A DNA stretch of 63,836 bases, filler included, from Reticulomyxa filosa (GCA_000512085.1; 27 parts of 27 records of this genome joined end to end with filler, not necessarily neighbours in it), one strand, 5' to 3'. Positions 13,006 through 26,614 are shown, counted from the whole stretch's first letter. The notes: generated from the sequence alone by a model not told the origin. Program-made: numbers and translations.

Positions 13006-13009
<4 letters not shown>
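12161..13009 (-). CDS. Phytanoyl-CoA dioxygenase (PhyH) family Fe(II)/2OG oxygenase, 5'-truncated
   Basis: Exon KSDLTIARVVLSHQIHALSAQLGGWEGSKIAQDDI, then intron 12904-12768, then WKPENGGSSLGFHQD (HxD)..ITVWLPLDDVSEANGTIEYVAKSH..FHHQNTWHGSGPN..RR. Confidence 0.9.
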
Positions 13010-13044
<35 letters not shown>

Positions 13045-15210
13045 TTTTTTNNNNNNNNNNNNNNNNNNNNNNNNNNNNNNNNNNNNNNNNNNNNTTAATT
13101 AATTAANNNNNNNNNNNNNNNNNNNNNNNNNNNNNNNNNNNNNNNNNNNNGGTGACTAGATCGACTTCCACGTATTTTTCATTCGTCTTTCCTTCGTGCA
13201 TTGCAGTTGCATTACTCAAAATTTTGGACCAAGACTCGGGACCGTGCCACTCCATATACGAACTCGGAGTGAAGCTCTTGTTTCTACGACACTTTTTTTT
13301 TAAAGCAGATACTAGGTTTTTCACTCGTGCTGATGGCCATATGTATATGCAATTCGTTCACATTCCTCTTCTTTGTACGTCTGTATTTGAAAAGAGAAAA
13401 AAAAAAGACGTTTTCTTTTGATGCAAAAAAAAATAAAATAGGCCTTTAACATGGACAACGTGAGAATAGGCTATGCTATTTCCATCAAATTCATAGGTTT
13501 TTGATACATACCCTTCGTATGCGCTTTAATAGGATGGACATTTACAACTCCGTTTTCATTGTTGATAGCCGGCGCCCAAGTATCTAAATTCTGTTTTAAA
13601 GACACAATGCAGAAATAGTTTCATTCTCTTTTTTTTTTTCTGCTCCAAAGATTCGATATGCATATACATATGTACAAATCGATTGATAGACTGAAAAAAA
13701 GCAAAAACAAAACTCCACAAATTATTTAATCGGATAATGCATAGATTTTCCACTTGCAATCTTTGTGAAGGAATTTAATGATATGATCTGTATTGTTCGC
13801 AAACTGAGCTGGAAATCGAATAGTGACAATCTTTTGGACTCCTTGGAATTCAATACAGACACCAACTATTCTTCCAGTCTTGTTGCCTATAGTGTGACAG
13901 ATAGAGACACATGCACATCCGTTGTGCACCCCATTCAATGGCAAAAGAGATGTTTTATTTGATCACAAAAAAAAAAAAGCAATCAATAAGCCTGATTATT
14001 TGGTCAGCAGCGACATCTTCAACTCAAACTCAGTGAAATTTTCAATAATATGACTATAAATGGCTAATAAAGACACCAATTGCGAAGTCATCTTCTGTTT
14101 GTTCTTTCCAGTGACAATGTAGGAACTTGATTGTTCTTATTCTTCTCTGCTTGATATTTCACAAATCACGCAAGTTTATATTTGCTTCATCAACCAATAC
14201 AATAAGTAGATATTGATTATTTCGATATGGAAGATCAATGCACCGAAACTGATTGAGCTGGTGTCACATATGCATTCCAATCGTTGTTTCTATTGCAATT
14301 CTTGATACATTTCCCGATTATTTGTTACCAATTTCTTCGTACTTAGTCTTTTTCTTTTTTTTCTTCAAATCCATCTTTTTTTCTCATTTTTGGCCTGTTT
14401 TCATATCTTTCCAACGAGATTGAAGCGATTGCCATCAAGCTATTCTTCACTAAACTAAAATCGCTTTATTCGATCGTAGAATTCACAGTGGCGATTATGA
14501 ACAACACATTGTATGCTTTATTTCGCTGCAATAACATATTTATTACCTGTTTTATAAATGACGTGAACATATACTCATAGATTTTGACAAGAACAAATAA
14601 TAAAGTGATTACCTGTTGTATTTGATTCAATTGCGCTTTTGTTTTGGAAAATCGTGATACTTTGTGAACTACTTCTCTTATTCGGACGGAAATGGACTTC
14701 TCTTCATCATTGACGCTTCAATATTGTCAGATGGCACGTCTGCAAATTGTTCTAATTATCTGCAATGCTCTTTCACCAATACATATACTTTCAGCATAAT
14801 CACAATCACTTCGTTTATTACCATGTTCAAGTTCAACTACTTTTCCATTGATCTTTTCACTTATTCATCGCTGTTTCTTGAACGCAGGAACTAATAGCGA
14901 ATTTAGAATGTTATATATCGACTACTTGAAAACAGGATTAAACGTTGGATTGACATCAAATCGTTTCTATACATTATTTCAAACATTTTTTATATTTTAA
15001 ATGACAAATGAAAAAAAAAATATACTTAACTAACAGGATATCAAAGTTTTTTTTNNNNNNNNNNNNNNNNNNNNNNNNNNNNNNNNNNNNNNNNNNNNTT
15101 AATTAATTAANNNNNNNNNNNNNNNNNNNNNNNNNNNNNNNNNNNNNNNNNNNNATATATATATATATATATGTATATATATATTGTTTGTTTGGTCCCA
15201 AAAATAAAAG

Positions 15211-15662
15211 GCTGGAAATGGATCGAAATAAAATTGACGGAAATGAATATGTTAATGAACTCGAAATATCATATTACATTTGTATTGGATAAAAAATCCA
15301 TGTTTACGGTGGTCACCAACTTTTTTCCATCCGACTCGACCAAGTCCAAGAGCAAGTCGAAATTAGGTATTTCACGCAAACACTATGTGAAGCCTTTGGA
15401 GTTGATTTGGAGAAAGTATCCCGCCTACTACAATGAATTCAATACAATACACATCGACGACTTGGCCAGAAACTTTGCCATGAACCCCACTTGTGGCTTG
15501 AAAATTTTACCTTATGTTAATGCCGCAAAAAACAAAGACAGCGACAAAGAGTTACTCTACTTGACCGAGTACTTGCTAGTCATTGCCAAAGAGCAAGATT
15601 TCAAGGGATTGAAACACGACAAATGGAAACAATACTTGGAGAAAAAATCGCAAAAGATTTAA
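15211..15662 (+). CDS. UBLCP1: Ubiquitin-like domain-containing CTD phosphatase 1, last exon
   Basis: WKWIEIKL..ITFVLD..MFTV..VKPLELIWRKYP..NTIHIDDLARNFAMNPTCGLKI..DKELLYLTEYL..HDKWKQYL is typical of the UBLCP1 FCP1/NIF domain. Acceptor AG at 15209-15210. Confidence 0.9.
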
Positions 15663-16297
15663 CTTCTTATTTTTTTTTTTGTTTGTTTTGTGTGTATGTG
15701 CAAGGAAGTGCAAATAAAGAATCCCTTTGAAAAAATAATACAGAAAATGTTATTTGCGATCTCCATCTTGATTGATAGAGAGCGTGTTTGTGTGCGCTGT
15801 TCTCTTTTTTTTTTTTTATTTTTTTTTTTGCCTGGTACTTTTATAGTGCCGGAAATTTGCTTGGCAAATCAACTTTTTTTCTGTGCAACACGTAACCCTG
15901 TTTAACATTCCATTACAAAAAGCTTAATCTTTTAACGATCAAGGTTGTGCTGAGGTTGTAAAATGTAAATGACTTACTATACTCTTTTAAATTTCTTCCA
16001 TTCTCTAGGACAAATTAAGGGCATCGTTTGTCTTTATTTCATCGAATCAGCAAATGAAATTGTCAATGATACGTTTAGATCAAATGTCTTTTGTTTCTCT
16101 TATTTTCTTACTTGAATATAAATGTTTCTATTAAGTAAATGCAAACCAGAGTACTCTTGAAACAACACTGTCAAAGGGGGGGGTGTAGCAAAGCTTGGTA
16201 ATTAAACATTAAAATTGATGATGCCTTTTGCCTCTTCCATATTTTCCAATCTCTCAATTCAATAATATATCAGATCCAAGACAAAAAGATAAAAGGA

Positions 16298-17026
16298 ATG
16301 AGTTCGAATACAACAACACTTCGACAAAAGGCTCATTATGGGTACTATCAACGGTTGAAGTTGGTGGCGGTGACAGCATCACACCGTTTGATGATGAAGG
16401 CCAACGACGTGGTATTGATCCAAAAGACGACGGACGCAGCGGTGAACGGAATTTGTGCAGAGGTGGTAAATCGTCTGGATGACAATGCACGACAGTATGT
16501 AAAAAAGGATATAGTATCGGAGGACATATATGCGGGAAAATTGCACGAAGAAGAAAAAGGGGTGGAGCCGATCGTGGACTTGTGTTTAATTCCGGCGACA
16601 CAGACAGCAACATGTCCAGAGGACTACGTATACGTGATGAACGCGAAGAATGAGCGCATGATAATTTTGCAGGCGAGTGGAGGGGAAGGGTTGAATCTTT
16701 GTTATCGGCGACGAAGCGGAGGTCGTGAGAAGGCAATAACAGATATCCAAGTAGTGTTTGACAAATCGAACATTCCTCCAGGGTACGTATTGTTGAATGA
16801 GACGTATGACGGCAGCGATATATCAGCATATAAGCATCGGTCGCAGTTTCAGTTATTGCCGTCCACGACCACCGCCGCCGCGACGACGACGACGACGACG
16901 TCGATGAATGAAGAGTATTACTACTTGCCAATATACGGTAATGGGGCATCGAGGATTAGTGCAGCAAAGCTGAGACAATCCACAACAGAAGAGCAAATGA
17001 AAGAGGATGATGACGACCATAAATAC

Positions 17027-17072
<46 letters not shown>

Positions 17073-18070
17073 GAAAGAGTCGTGTTAGCAATACAATACC
17101 TAACAATCATAGCAATACTATCACCGAGTCTCCTTTGATCATTGCAGCAAGTAATGAACCAAACAACAACAATAATAATAATAATAATAATAATAATATG
17201 ACGATAGCCATGCCAATGACGGGGAGCAACAAAGCTCAGGACGCATACAACAATGCAATACCACTGCTGATCTATACGTATAACGGTGATTCTCCCATCG
17301 TCCATTTGGAATTGACAACGGTGTCGAAGCACAGACCTGGGTTCATTCCGCTGAGCTTGAGCGTCGAAAACAAGTCGGCGGACTTGAATGCGGGGACAAA
17401 AGACAGATCGCCGAGCATCTACCTGTCAATGACACTGGACGTGCGCGAGTACCGATTTAGCGCGCAAGAGGTGGAAGTGCAGCGGAACTTGAAGTACCTC
17501 ACGCCGCTGCTGGTCACACTGCACATGCGAAAGCCCGACCTGGCCATCACAGCACTGGAGTCGCTGAAGCACTTGTTGCTGAACAACTTCATCCGATTCA
17601 AGGACCGAAGCGTGATGTTTGCGAGTTTGGTGCGCATTTGTCGCGCGCTCAGCCAAAGCGTGGTGATCTTTCATCCCAACTACCATACGCAATGGGTCGA
17701 ATGCATATGCATTGTCATCCAAAAGTTTATCCACCATCTGCATTCGTTGTCCTTGTGGACCATGCTCACGTCTGCTCTCCTGCTCGTCGACACCGATCTC
17801 GTGCTGCGCGTCTTCGACTGCGTCTTCTCCGTCGCTTTGGCCTACGTACGCGTCGTCGAGTTTGGGGATGAAGTCGACGACAAGGGTGCGATTGTGCGTA
17901 AGCAGGATCAGACCTTGCCGTTTTTGTATGCGTTGAAGGACCCGTTTACCGCCCCTTATGTTTCCAAGATGTTTGCGCCGACCCAAGGAATGGAAGATGA
18001 CGATATGGAGACTCCTATTAACAATAATAATAATAACAATAATAAAATGAATGAAAAGAATAACAATAAC

Positions 18071-18105
<35 letters not shown>

Positions 18106-18780
18106 CGAAAACAAATCATTTTTCAGAAATTTCATATATTCGTTTGTTTGCGATCTTGTCGATATGGCGTCTCGCAAAGCGGAGGCGGAAATGGCGATTC
18201 GCGAAATGTACAACCGCAGTGTATTGTGCAGCACGAGTCGGAACATGATCGTGCGAGTGGTGGACGCGCTGTTTGCCGACGGCGTGGACAAAGTGTGGGG
18301 TCCGTTTGCCATGTTTCTATTGTTCTGCGCACGACAGTGTCTAACCCCGTTCCACAGTGACAACGACGAGGACAACTGCAACGCCACGTGCAACAGCAAG
18401 CAGCAACGGCCGACGCGTCCTCTGCACGCAAATGCCTTCCGCTTCCGCAACTTCCGTCTGGCGCTGCAATTCCTCCACAAAGTCTTGATCGACCTGCAAG
18501 ATCCTTCCTTTCGAAAGCAAATGCCCGAGACTGTCAAGTTCTTGATCCGACGCACGCTATCTCGCACCATCCTCGTCAACCTGTGCACCGACGAGGAGCA
18601 GCAACGTCATTTCGATAAGGATTCCCACAGGTCTACCGACACGACTGCGTCTAATTCGACCCCAACTACTAATGCAAGTACTACTACTACTACAACTGCT
18701 ACTACCACTGCTGCAACACCAACAACAAGTGTTAGTGCAGCATCAACAACTCCAACAACAACAACAATAGCAGCAACAGC

Positions 18781-18823
<43 letters not shown>

Positions 18824-21800
18824 GCTGCAGCTTCTTCTTCTTCATCATCATCAATAGCAACGACAACAACACTTAACGCAGGTGCAGGTGCAGGTACAGC
18901 AACAATGACGGGCACTAGCACGGGTGGGGGGTCGACCCCGTCATCGCCGTCGGATACGTCGAATTTAAATGACCCCGATCGCATGACGGTGTTTCACACT
19001 AACGCTGAACCTGTTCCAAGTGATGTGCGAGCATTGCTGGACGTTTTTCCAACACGAAATCGGAGTGATAATCGAACAGGTGCTGCTGCCTCAAGTAATG
19101 GAGTCGTTCACACCGATGGACCGGAGGTTCCAAATCTTGCAGTTCATCGAGAAGCTGTGCTCACTGCCCGAACTGATCGTCGACTTGAGCTACAGCACAG
19201 ACGTGATTGGAGGACGAAGAGTCATCCACTCTTTGCTCGACTGTCTGCTGGGATTGCTCGTGGAAACCAACAGTCGTCTAAAGCATCCCGGCAACGCCAA
19301 CATCGAACTTGTCAATCCAGACATGCATAGCTTTCAAGGCAACTACGACTTGCAACAGTCCATTCTGCGCTGCATTACCAAGATGGCACACACCTATGGG
19401 CAGTGGTTCGAGACCAGAGTCCAGTTCCAATTGGGAGACAATGTCATCGTCGGAGGTATTTCCCACCGCTTTTCGGGCGCTTCTGTTGCTGATAGACGAA
19501 ATGGATTGCTTGGTCAAGAGATGAAAGGAAAAGAGAATCAGTATGGCAAAGCACATAACAATAATAACAATTATAATAATAATAATAATAATAATAACAA
19601 TAATAATAATAATAATGAAAATATAATTAAATTAAGTGGTAGTGAAAAATGCTGGCAACAGTGGTCGTACTTTCGCAAAATCGAACGTGAGGCGATTGAC
19701 TCGGTGCAACGAATACACCCCAATAACGAGGAGGAGAACGAAAAGAAGGTGAAGAAGGCGGTCGAGTATATGCATGCGCATGGCCTGTTGGCAATGACCG
19801 GGGCATCGATCGCCGACTGGCTGCATCGCCATCGCTGGGGTATTCCTCCTACATTCATCGGTGAGTACTTAGGTGGCAGTCGTCCCAAACACGAACGACC
19901 GTTGGAAGAAGACGTTCGGCAATGCTACATTCGCAAGTGCTCCAACTTGGATTATTCTCAGCACTTGGAATTGGTGATGGAACAGTTCTTAACTAAATGC
20001 GGGTTTCGAATGCCTAGGGAGTCGCAACAAATTGGACGCATTTTAGATTCCTTCGCCACTGTTTTTGTCAGCAAATGTCCTCAAGACTTTGGCACTGCTG
20101 ATGCTGCGTTCATTGTCTTCAATGCCATTTTAATGCTCAACACCTCATTACACAACCCGCAAATGAAAAAAAAAGATCGCATGAGAATGGACCAGTTTGT
20201 AAATATGTGTCTCCCGGTTCCTAACCAAAAACTCGTTCGCAGGGATTACGAAATCGTTTATACACATATCAAAGATTTTCCTTATCAGATCTCCTTCGAT
20301 AACGAAGACATACATGCGAATGAGCGGAGAATGGATAAGTGGTGTCGCTGCTCCGTCCGAAGAGAAAGGTTTCCTCTCTTCGCGTCCACCAGTCGTGTCT
20401 TGCAAAAACTGCAACGCTCTTCTGTCTATGCTTATGATGACGATCTAAGTAGTGAATTGGGACGAGGTTCTAGTTTTGTCTTATTTATGTATACACATAC
20501 ATATATGAATATGTATACATATTCATTTATTTGTTATTTATTTTATTAAAAAGGAAAAAAAATATAAATATCTTGTAAAGAGAGTGGCAGTTTTAACAAT
20601 GATACCTTCGAGGACGACGTACTGTCCTTCTTGGTGGACTCGGACCAGAAATTCCGGGAAAGGAAAGACGCAATGGATATGGAAGATGACAACTTATCGA
20701 ACCAGGCGACCGAGTTGGAAAACCAATTGCTGTCGACGCTGAAAGAACAAAGAGACAACAAAAAAAATATGACACAATATTTTGACTTTTTGGATCAATT
20801 GTTTATTGACTCTTCTTTTTGGCTGAACTACGTAGCATCTAAAACCACTCAAGTCACCATGATCTCGAATCCTTTGGAAGCTTCAGCTGTGCTCATGGAC
20901 AATTGGTGGCCACGCTTTTTAGATGCCATCAAAAGCGTGTGTGATGCGCCTTTAGATCCTTTGACGACGCCTTTGGCTTTGCAAATCTTCGATCCCATGT
21001 TTCTGTTGTCGGTGTATCTTCGCATGTATGGGCACGTGCCTGCTGCCATTGCTTTCGATGCTTTCCTTCAAAGATTCCAAAAGTTTTGGACTGACAAGAA
21101 AAAAAAATATATATATATATGTATATATGTTGTGCATGCATTCGAACGTATTCATTCACTTTTGTGTTTGTGTGTAAGACAGATGGTGGGTTATTGCAAA
21201 GAAAAACTGCATCAAAATGTGTTGGAAACTTTGCCAACCGAAAAGGACTTGACAGTTGAGTAGCTGGAAATTTGTTGCAATAGAGGAAAGAGAAGGAGAG
21301 GGGGGGGGGAGGGGGAAAAAAAGAGAGAAATCGACTGACTCTTAAAAATAAAAATAAATAAATGTTTTGTCTTGTACGTATACGTATTTATTTGTCAATT
21401 TTTTTTGCAGACAATTCGAAATAACATTTGGAAAGATCCAGGCCTGAACCTTTTGACTCTGCAAAAGAATATCCAAGATTGTCGCGCTGCAGTGGTGACG
21501 AAAGCGCATTCCGAGCGAATGCAACGCGTTGCGTTTTTCTTCGAAAACCATTGATAACTGTGAACAGGCGCGAGTTTATTGGATCACAAGATGTGTTGAA
21601 AATCAACAATGATGAGAAAAGTCGGAGTGAGTGCCGCATGTTTGTATTTAATGATATGATGTTATTTGCGTCTGGGAAACCTGGGAAATACAAAATCCAT
21701 CGTATTTTGTATTTAGCACTTTGTTCGTTGGAAGATTTGCTCGATTGCCGAAACTATCAACATGCCTTTCGAATTAGCTGTTCGCAAAAACCATTCATTG

Positions 21801-22231
21801 TATCCTTTCCCAGTGCGTACATTAAGCGCATTTGTTTTCAAAAAATTGCAGCTGCTATCCTTTCTCATCAAAGTGCTGTCGCTCAACTCATTGCAGAAAT
21901 GAGGGCAGACAATGACCCTGATTTAATCAAAGAGGCCGAACGTTTTTTGCCATTCAAGCGCGTTTTTATTGAAAGATTTGGAGTCAATCAAAAAAAAAAG
22001 AACTTGTACAATGATCATTGCAAATTATGTTGCAAACAATTCCAAACCCTCATTAAGCGTCGCAGAACTTGTCCGGTTTGCAATGATACCAATATTTGCA
22101 GAGATTGCTTCAACGGGAAAGTCAACATTGATGGAAGTTCGAAGACGGTATGTGATGGATGTGTTGACATTGCCAGTGGCAAAATTTGCGTGGAAGACTG
22201 GTGTTTAATTTACAACAGTCAGTTTTTATAA
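16298..22231 (+). CDS. Large Sec7-domain Arf-GEF (BIG/GBF-related) with MABP repeats, DCB/HUS-like helices, C-terminal PH and FYVE-like domains
   Basis: MABP-like PIVDLCLI..CPEDY..LNLCYRR..AITDIQVV..PPGYVLL and SADLNAG..IYL. DCB-like LTPLLVTLHMRKPDLAITALESLKHLL. Sec7 IGEYLGG..FRMPRESQQIGRILDSFA..AAFIVFNAILMLNTSLHNPQMK. PH-like RMFVFNDMMLF..HAFRISCSQKPFIVSF. FYVE-like CKLCCKQF..KRRRTCPVC..CRDC..VCDGC. Introns near 20450-20580, 21090-21180 and 21255-21410; frame slips at about 18992 and 21544. Confidence 0.85.
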
Positions 22232-23157
22232 TTCTTATATACATATTTTTGTTGATTGGTTTGTGTTTGGTTTTTTGGCAAATTTTTTTTTTGTTTTGTT
22301 TAATTATGTATGTTTGCACTGTATTCATCTAGTTTTCAATTATTGCAAATTTTTTTTTTTGTTGAGTTGTTCAAAAACGTTTTTTCTCATTTTGCAATTG
22401 CGTTAGTCTGCTTTATTCTCAATTTGCAACTGGATGACTTTTGAGCAATGGGACGTTTATTATCAAAAACATCATTTACAATAAGTTGTAAAAAATTGAT
22501 ATTTTATAAGGTTATTCTTTTCTCCACGTACAAATAACGTTTTTTTCTGAATTATTAAGATTCTCTTAAAGCTTTTATTGTTGTTTTTTTTTATTTGGAA
22601 ATGTGTTCCACAATTCAATTTTTCCGTATATAGGGCACGTTAATTTGAACAAAGTTAAAGCATTTTCATGTTTTAATTTTTTTAATTACTGATTTTGTGA
22701 TCTTAATATGTCTTTAGGAAAGTGCAATACGTAGACTTTAAATTTAATACGAGTATCACTTCTTGAGCAAGAATGTACTCATATTAATTATTTTTCCGAT
22801 ATGTAAATATGATGATTTTGTGAAAGGCAAGAAATAGGAATACTATAAAAAGTTAAAATTATCATAAAATCGCTGCAAAATTCGGTTGTTCCTCCTTACG
22901 TATAGAAACTAAGCTTGACTGGAGAACAGTCCGTTCGTTTGGAAGGAAAAAAAAGTTTTGGGAGATAATTAATCCATCTTAATCATCAACGACCAAGTAC
23001 TCTTCAAGCAGAAAAACGAGACATGGCAGAAAAGGTGACATTGTATGTTTTTGTTTTGTAAGTTAAAGTAGTAGACATCCAATCACACGTTGAGCACGAC
23101 GAGAGGACACAAACAAAATTTTGACAAAAGACTTGGGAAGAGAAATACAATGAATGC

Positions 23158-23866
23158 ATGGAACGAGAAAAGAGAAGAGAAGAAGAGTATCAATTGCAAC
23201 AATCAAGTCAAAAGCAGATGATAGATCAATTAGTATCGCAACTGTCAGCACAAACGACGAATGGACTTTCTCCAACATCGTCGTTGGGAGAGACAGGAGG
23301 AAGCACTCGACCACCACTGCCAAAGTCAGTGCCACCACCACCAAGTGGTCCATCTCCATTGAAGAAGTTGGAGAACGACTATGCGGACTGTAAAAAAGAT
23401 TTGAAGCGCGTGATGGAAAAGCTGACATTGAAAGAAGAGCAAATAATGGAGAAGCAAAGCCAGTTGGAAAGCATAATGAAGCAACACAATGAAAGCAATG
23501 TTCGAGTGACAGAGTTGGAAAAAGAGAATCGTTTGTTGACAGACAAATTGGAGACGTGTCAAGCAAAAGTGAAGCAAAGCGAGGAGATAAGACAGCAAAT
23601 GGCCGATTTGCAAAGCAAGCACGAGTCGTGCAATGAGAAGTTGAGTTTGACTATACAGCAACGCGACGACTGCGAAGACAAACTGCGCGAGGCCACCAAA
23701 AGATTGGAGGAAATGACGGGTCAGCTCGACCAACTGCAAATGCAATGTGCCAGTCAAAAAGGTACCATCGACGAACTCAGTCATGACAAGTCCAATCTCA
23801 TTCAGGAATTACAAACCATCCAAAAGACATACAAAGATGATATGGACAAATTTCAACAGAAAACAG
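23158..23866 (+). CDS. Coiled-coil protein exon with Pro-rich motif (partial)
   Basis: RPPLPKSVPPPPSGPSP followed by about 180 aa of heptad-rich E/K/Q/L sequence; donor GT near 23866; truncated by the linker. Confidence 0.75.
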
Positions 23867-23911
23867 GTATTAAATCAAACAAGGACACATGCGCACGCAT
23901 GCATTCGCTCA

Positions 23912-23945
<34 letters not shown>

Positions 23946-24280
23946 NNNNNNNNNNNNNNNNNNNNNNNNNNNNNNNNNNNNNNNNNNNNTTAATTAATTA
24001 ANNNNNNNNNNNNNNNNNNNNNNNNNNNNNNNNNNNNNNNNNNNNTTTCAACAAAACTCCATTGAATGGATTGATTTGTTTTTTTTTTTCAGTATATCTT
24101 TTACAAAGGAGTGTTATCTACTTTGTTTAAAGTATTCATGAAATTTTTTTTTTTTTTTTTAAAAAAAAGCAGTTCTTATAATTGAAACAGAACAAAAAAT
24201 ATTTGAATCAATTGTGCAAGGATTATCTTTCTTTTTTCACACATAAATTTGCAAAGCACATGTCAATGTTCGTTTGAACT

Positions 24281-25045
24281 TAAAAAAGAAGATGTGCACT
24301 GATTGAATGTGACTTTTGCAATTGATCGAACTTGGCTTGCAATTGAAACGCCAAGAATTGGGAATTGTCATTATCTGCTTTTTTTTTTTTTTTTTTATCC
24401 CCAATGGTCAAACATAATGTTGCACGTTGACACAAATTTCAATTCACTGAACAATAACAAGTGTCTGTTCGTATCTGTTTGAGTCCTGCCATTGTTTTTA
24501 TTCATTGCCCGCAATAACCTTGCCAACACCAATGCATGAACCCATTGTTTTTTTATTTCGTTTGATTGAAGCATTTGAATTATCCTTTGGATTTTCCATC
24601 ATTGTCGATGACACAATATCATCAACAGCAGTAGCAGTCAGATTTTTGACCTCATGTTCCATTTCCATTGTGGTTGTATTCACATTGATATCAATGTCCA
24701 CATTAGTGTCAGCTACATTGCTGCCAAAAAAAAGAAGGCACTTGCAATTTGATCTCAACGCAGCGAATGCAATTCGTATATGCCAACCAATTCTCCAAAC
24801 ATTGCCATTGAGTCTTTCAATCGATTGAAAGACTCAATGGCATTGCTGGCCAATGTCAAAGACATGTTCAAATACATATCTTCACTCTCCTCACTTTTGC
24901 TCTTCCATTTACTTAGCTTTTCTTGTCTTTGCTTACAAAATTGCATATACTTGATGTTCACCAATTCCAACCATTTCGTGTACAATCCTTCCATCCAACT
25001 ATTCTTTGTACATGAAAAACTCAAATGCAGTCCATACCAATGATT
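24281..25045 (-). CDS. Hypothetical protein 3' fragment (frame-disrupted)
   Basis: Overlapping minus ORFs 24755-25024 and 24498-24758 with protein-like composition, continuing to about 24281. Confidence 0.45.
24803..24842. repeat. Perfect 40-bp palindrome
   Basis: TGCCATTGAGTCTTTCAATC|GATTGAAAGACTCAATGGCA is its own reverse complement; both strands translate AIESFNRLKDSMA. Confidence 0.97.
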
Positions 25046-26614
25046 NNNNNNNNNNNNNNNNNNNNNNNNNNNNNNNNNNNNNNNNNNNNTTAATTAATTA
25101 ANNNNNNNNNNNNNNNNNNNNNNNNNNNNNNNNNNNNNNNNNNNNTTTTTTTTTTTTGTGCATTGGTTCTAATGGCCGAGCAAAAAAAATACAGAGTAAG
25201 TCTATGGTTTGATTCATTTAAACAAATTGTTGCATCTTTTTAGGTGCACACGTTAGACCCTACTCCACAAATTTTTTTTCAGTTCACTTTTGAAATATTT
25301 CAATTTAAAAAAAAACAAAACTTTTTGTCCACAATGTTCTGACAATGTTGTATTGCTTGAATAAATGCAAATGCACGTATACCGATTTTTTGGCACATAG
25401 TAAGATTGTAGAGATCCTCATAAATGAGGATTTCATTTTATGAGCCACACTTTGAATGTGGCTTAGTAGATAGGTAAAGGTTCCAGAAAAAATGTATTTT
25501 ACTGCGGATAAAAGAATCATTGACTTTTGTGATGGAATTTGAAGATCTAAAGATAACTGATTTTTATTTTTTTTTTTGGAAATCTGATTTTAATTTCATC
25601 TTTATTGATTTTTTAAAAATATACAAAAATCAAAAAAAGATCAGAGTCAAAACATATTAAATTACATGATTTGTGATATTTTTTTAATGTTGTTTGTTCA
25701 TAGAAAAATTACTTATCTCCGCAAAGTTTCTTCGTGACACTTACTCGCCCCTTTTTGTCTTTTCAATTGTGCATTACCATCCACCACATTGGTATCTCAT
25801 TGAAAGTACAATTATCGATTAATAATTGTATTCTTAAACAAGTTTGTATTTTTGATCACAAATGAAAGTTTCTCACGTAACATTTAAGAGCATTTATATT
25901 TTTAAAAAATTTAGTTTTGCTGAGAGTGAAATGTTGATGGAATAAAACTCATTTGAGTATTGTTGATTATATATAAGTTAATTGCATTTCTAATGTGATA
26001 TGTCCCACATCATGGGATAAATGTAATTCGTTTTTGGGATTTTCGATCAAATAAAAATCTAATCGTGGCTGATCAAATTATCAATACAATTTGATAAATT
26101 TATATATGTGCAGGTATAGCATTTAATGTGGACAGTACAAGGAGTATAGTTTCATTACTTATATTACCCTCTGGCTCAATTAAGAGCCCCTCCAAAAATA
26201 CTTTTTGGAATCACAATAATCGCCTTGTGACATGATTTCATAAGAAAACATAAATTCTCACAATCTTGGAAGTATTATCACTTATAAAGATATTTTAACA
26301 AGTACTTTTTTTTAATTTGTACAAGGAAGATGGGTTACTTTTGCTTTCAATCTTTTTGGATTGTTCAATGAATTCAATAGTTTTTTTGTTGGTATTCCAA
26401 AACTGTTCAACGCTTTGTGAATAATTTCGTTTCCTCATTCCATTTCAAATGCATACTCTTATCTCAACAAATTCGCGCATTTAAGCTTGTGCAAAAACTC
26501 ATTTCTCTAAAAAAAGGTAAAAAGTCTAGTCGTACTCAAGTAAGGGGAGTTAATATAAGCCTTAGCTCTTTTTCATTTTTTCCTAGTTAGCTCTTGAAAG
26601 TGTTCAACAGTAAA

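Noticed and set aside
13151-14900. Short ORFs and coding-like patches
   Set aside because: Fragmentary, strand ambiguous and without a recognisable motif.
16254-18984. Many long minus-strand ORFs (poly-I, poly-L, poly-V) opposite the Sec7 gene, and similar ones at 50096-50887 and 57934-58923
   Set aside because: Antisense or alternate-frame shadows of trinucleotide repeats in the real coding strand.
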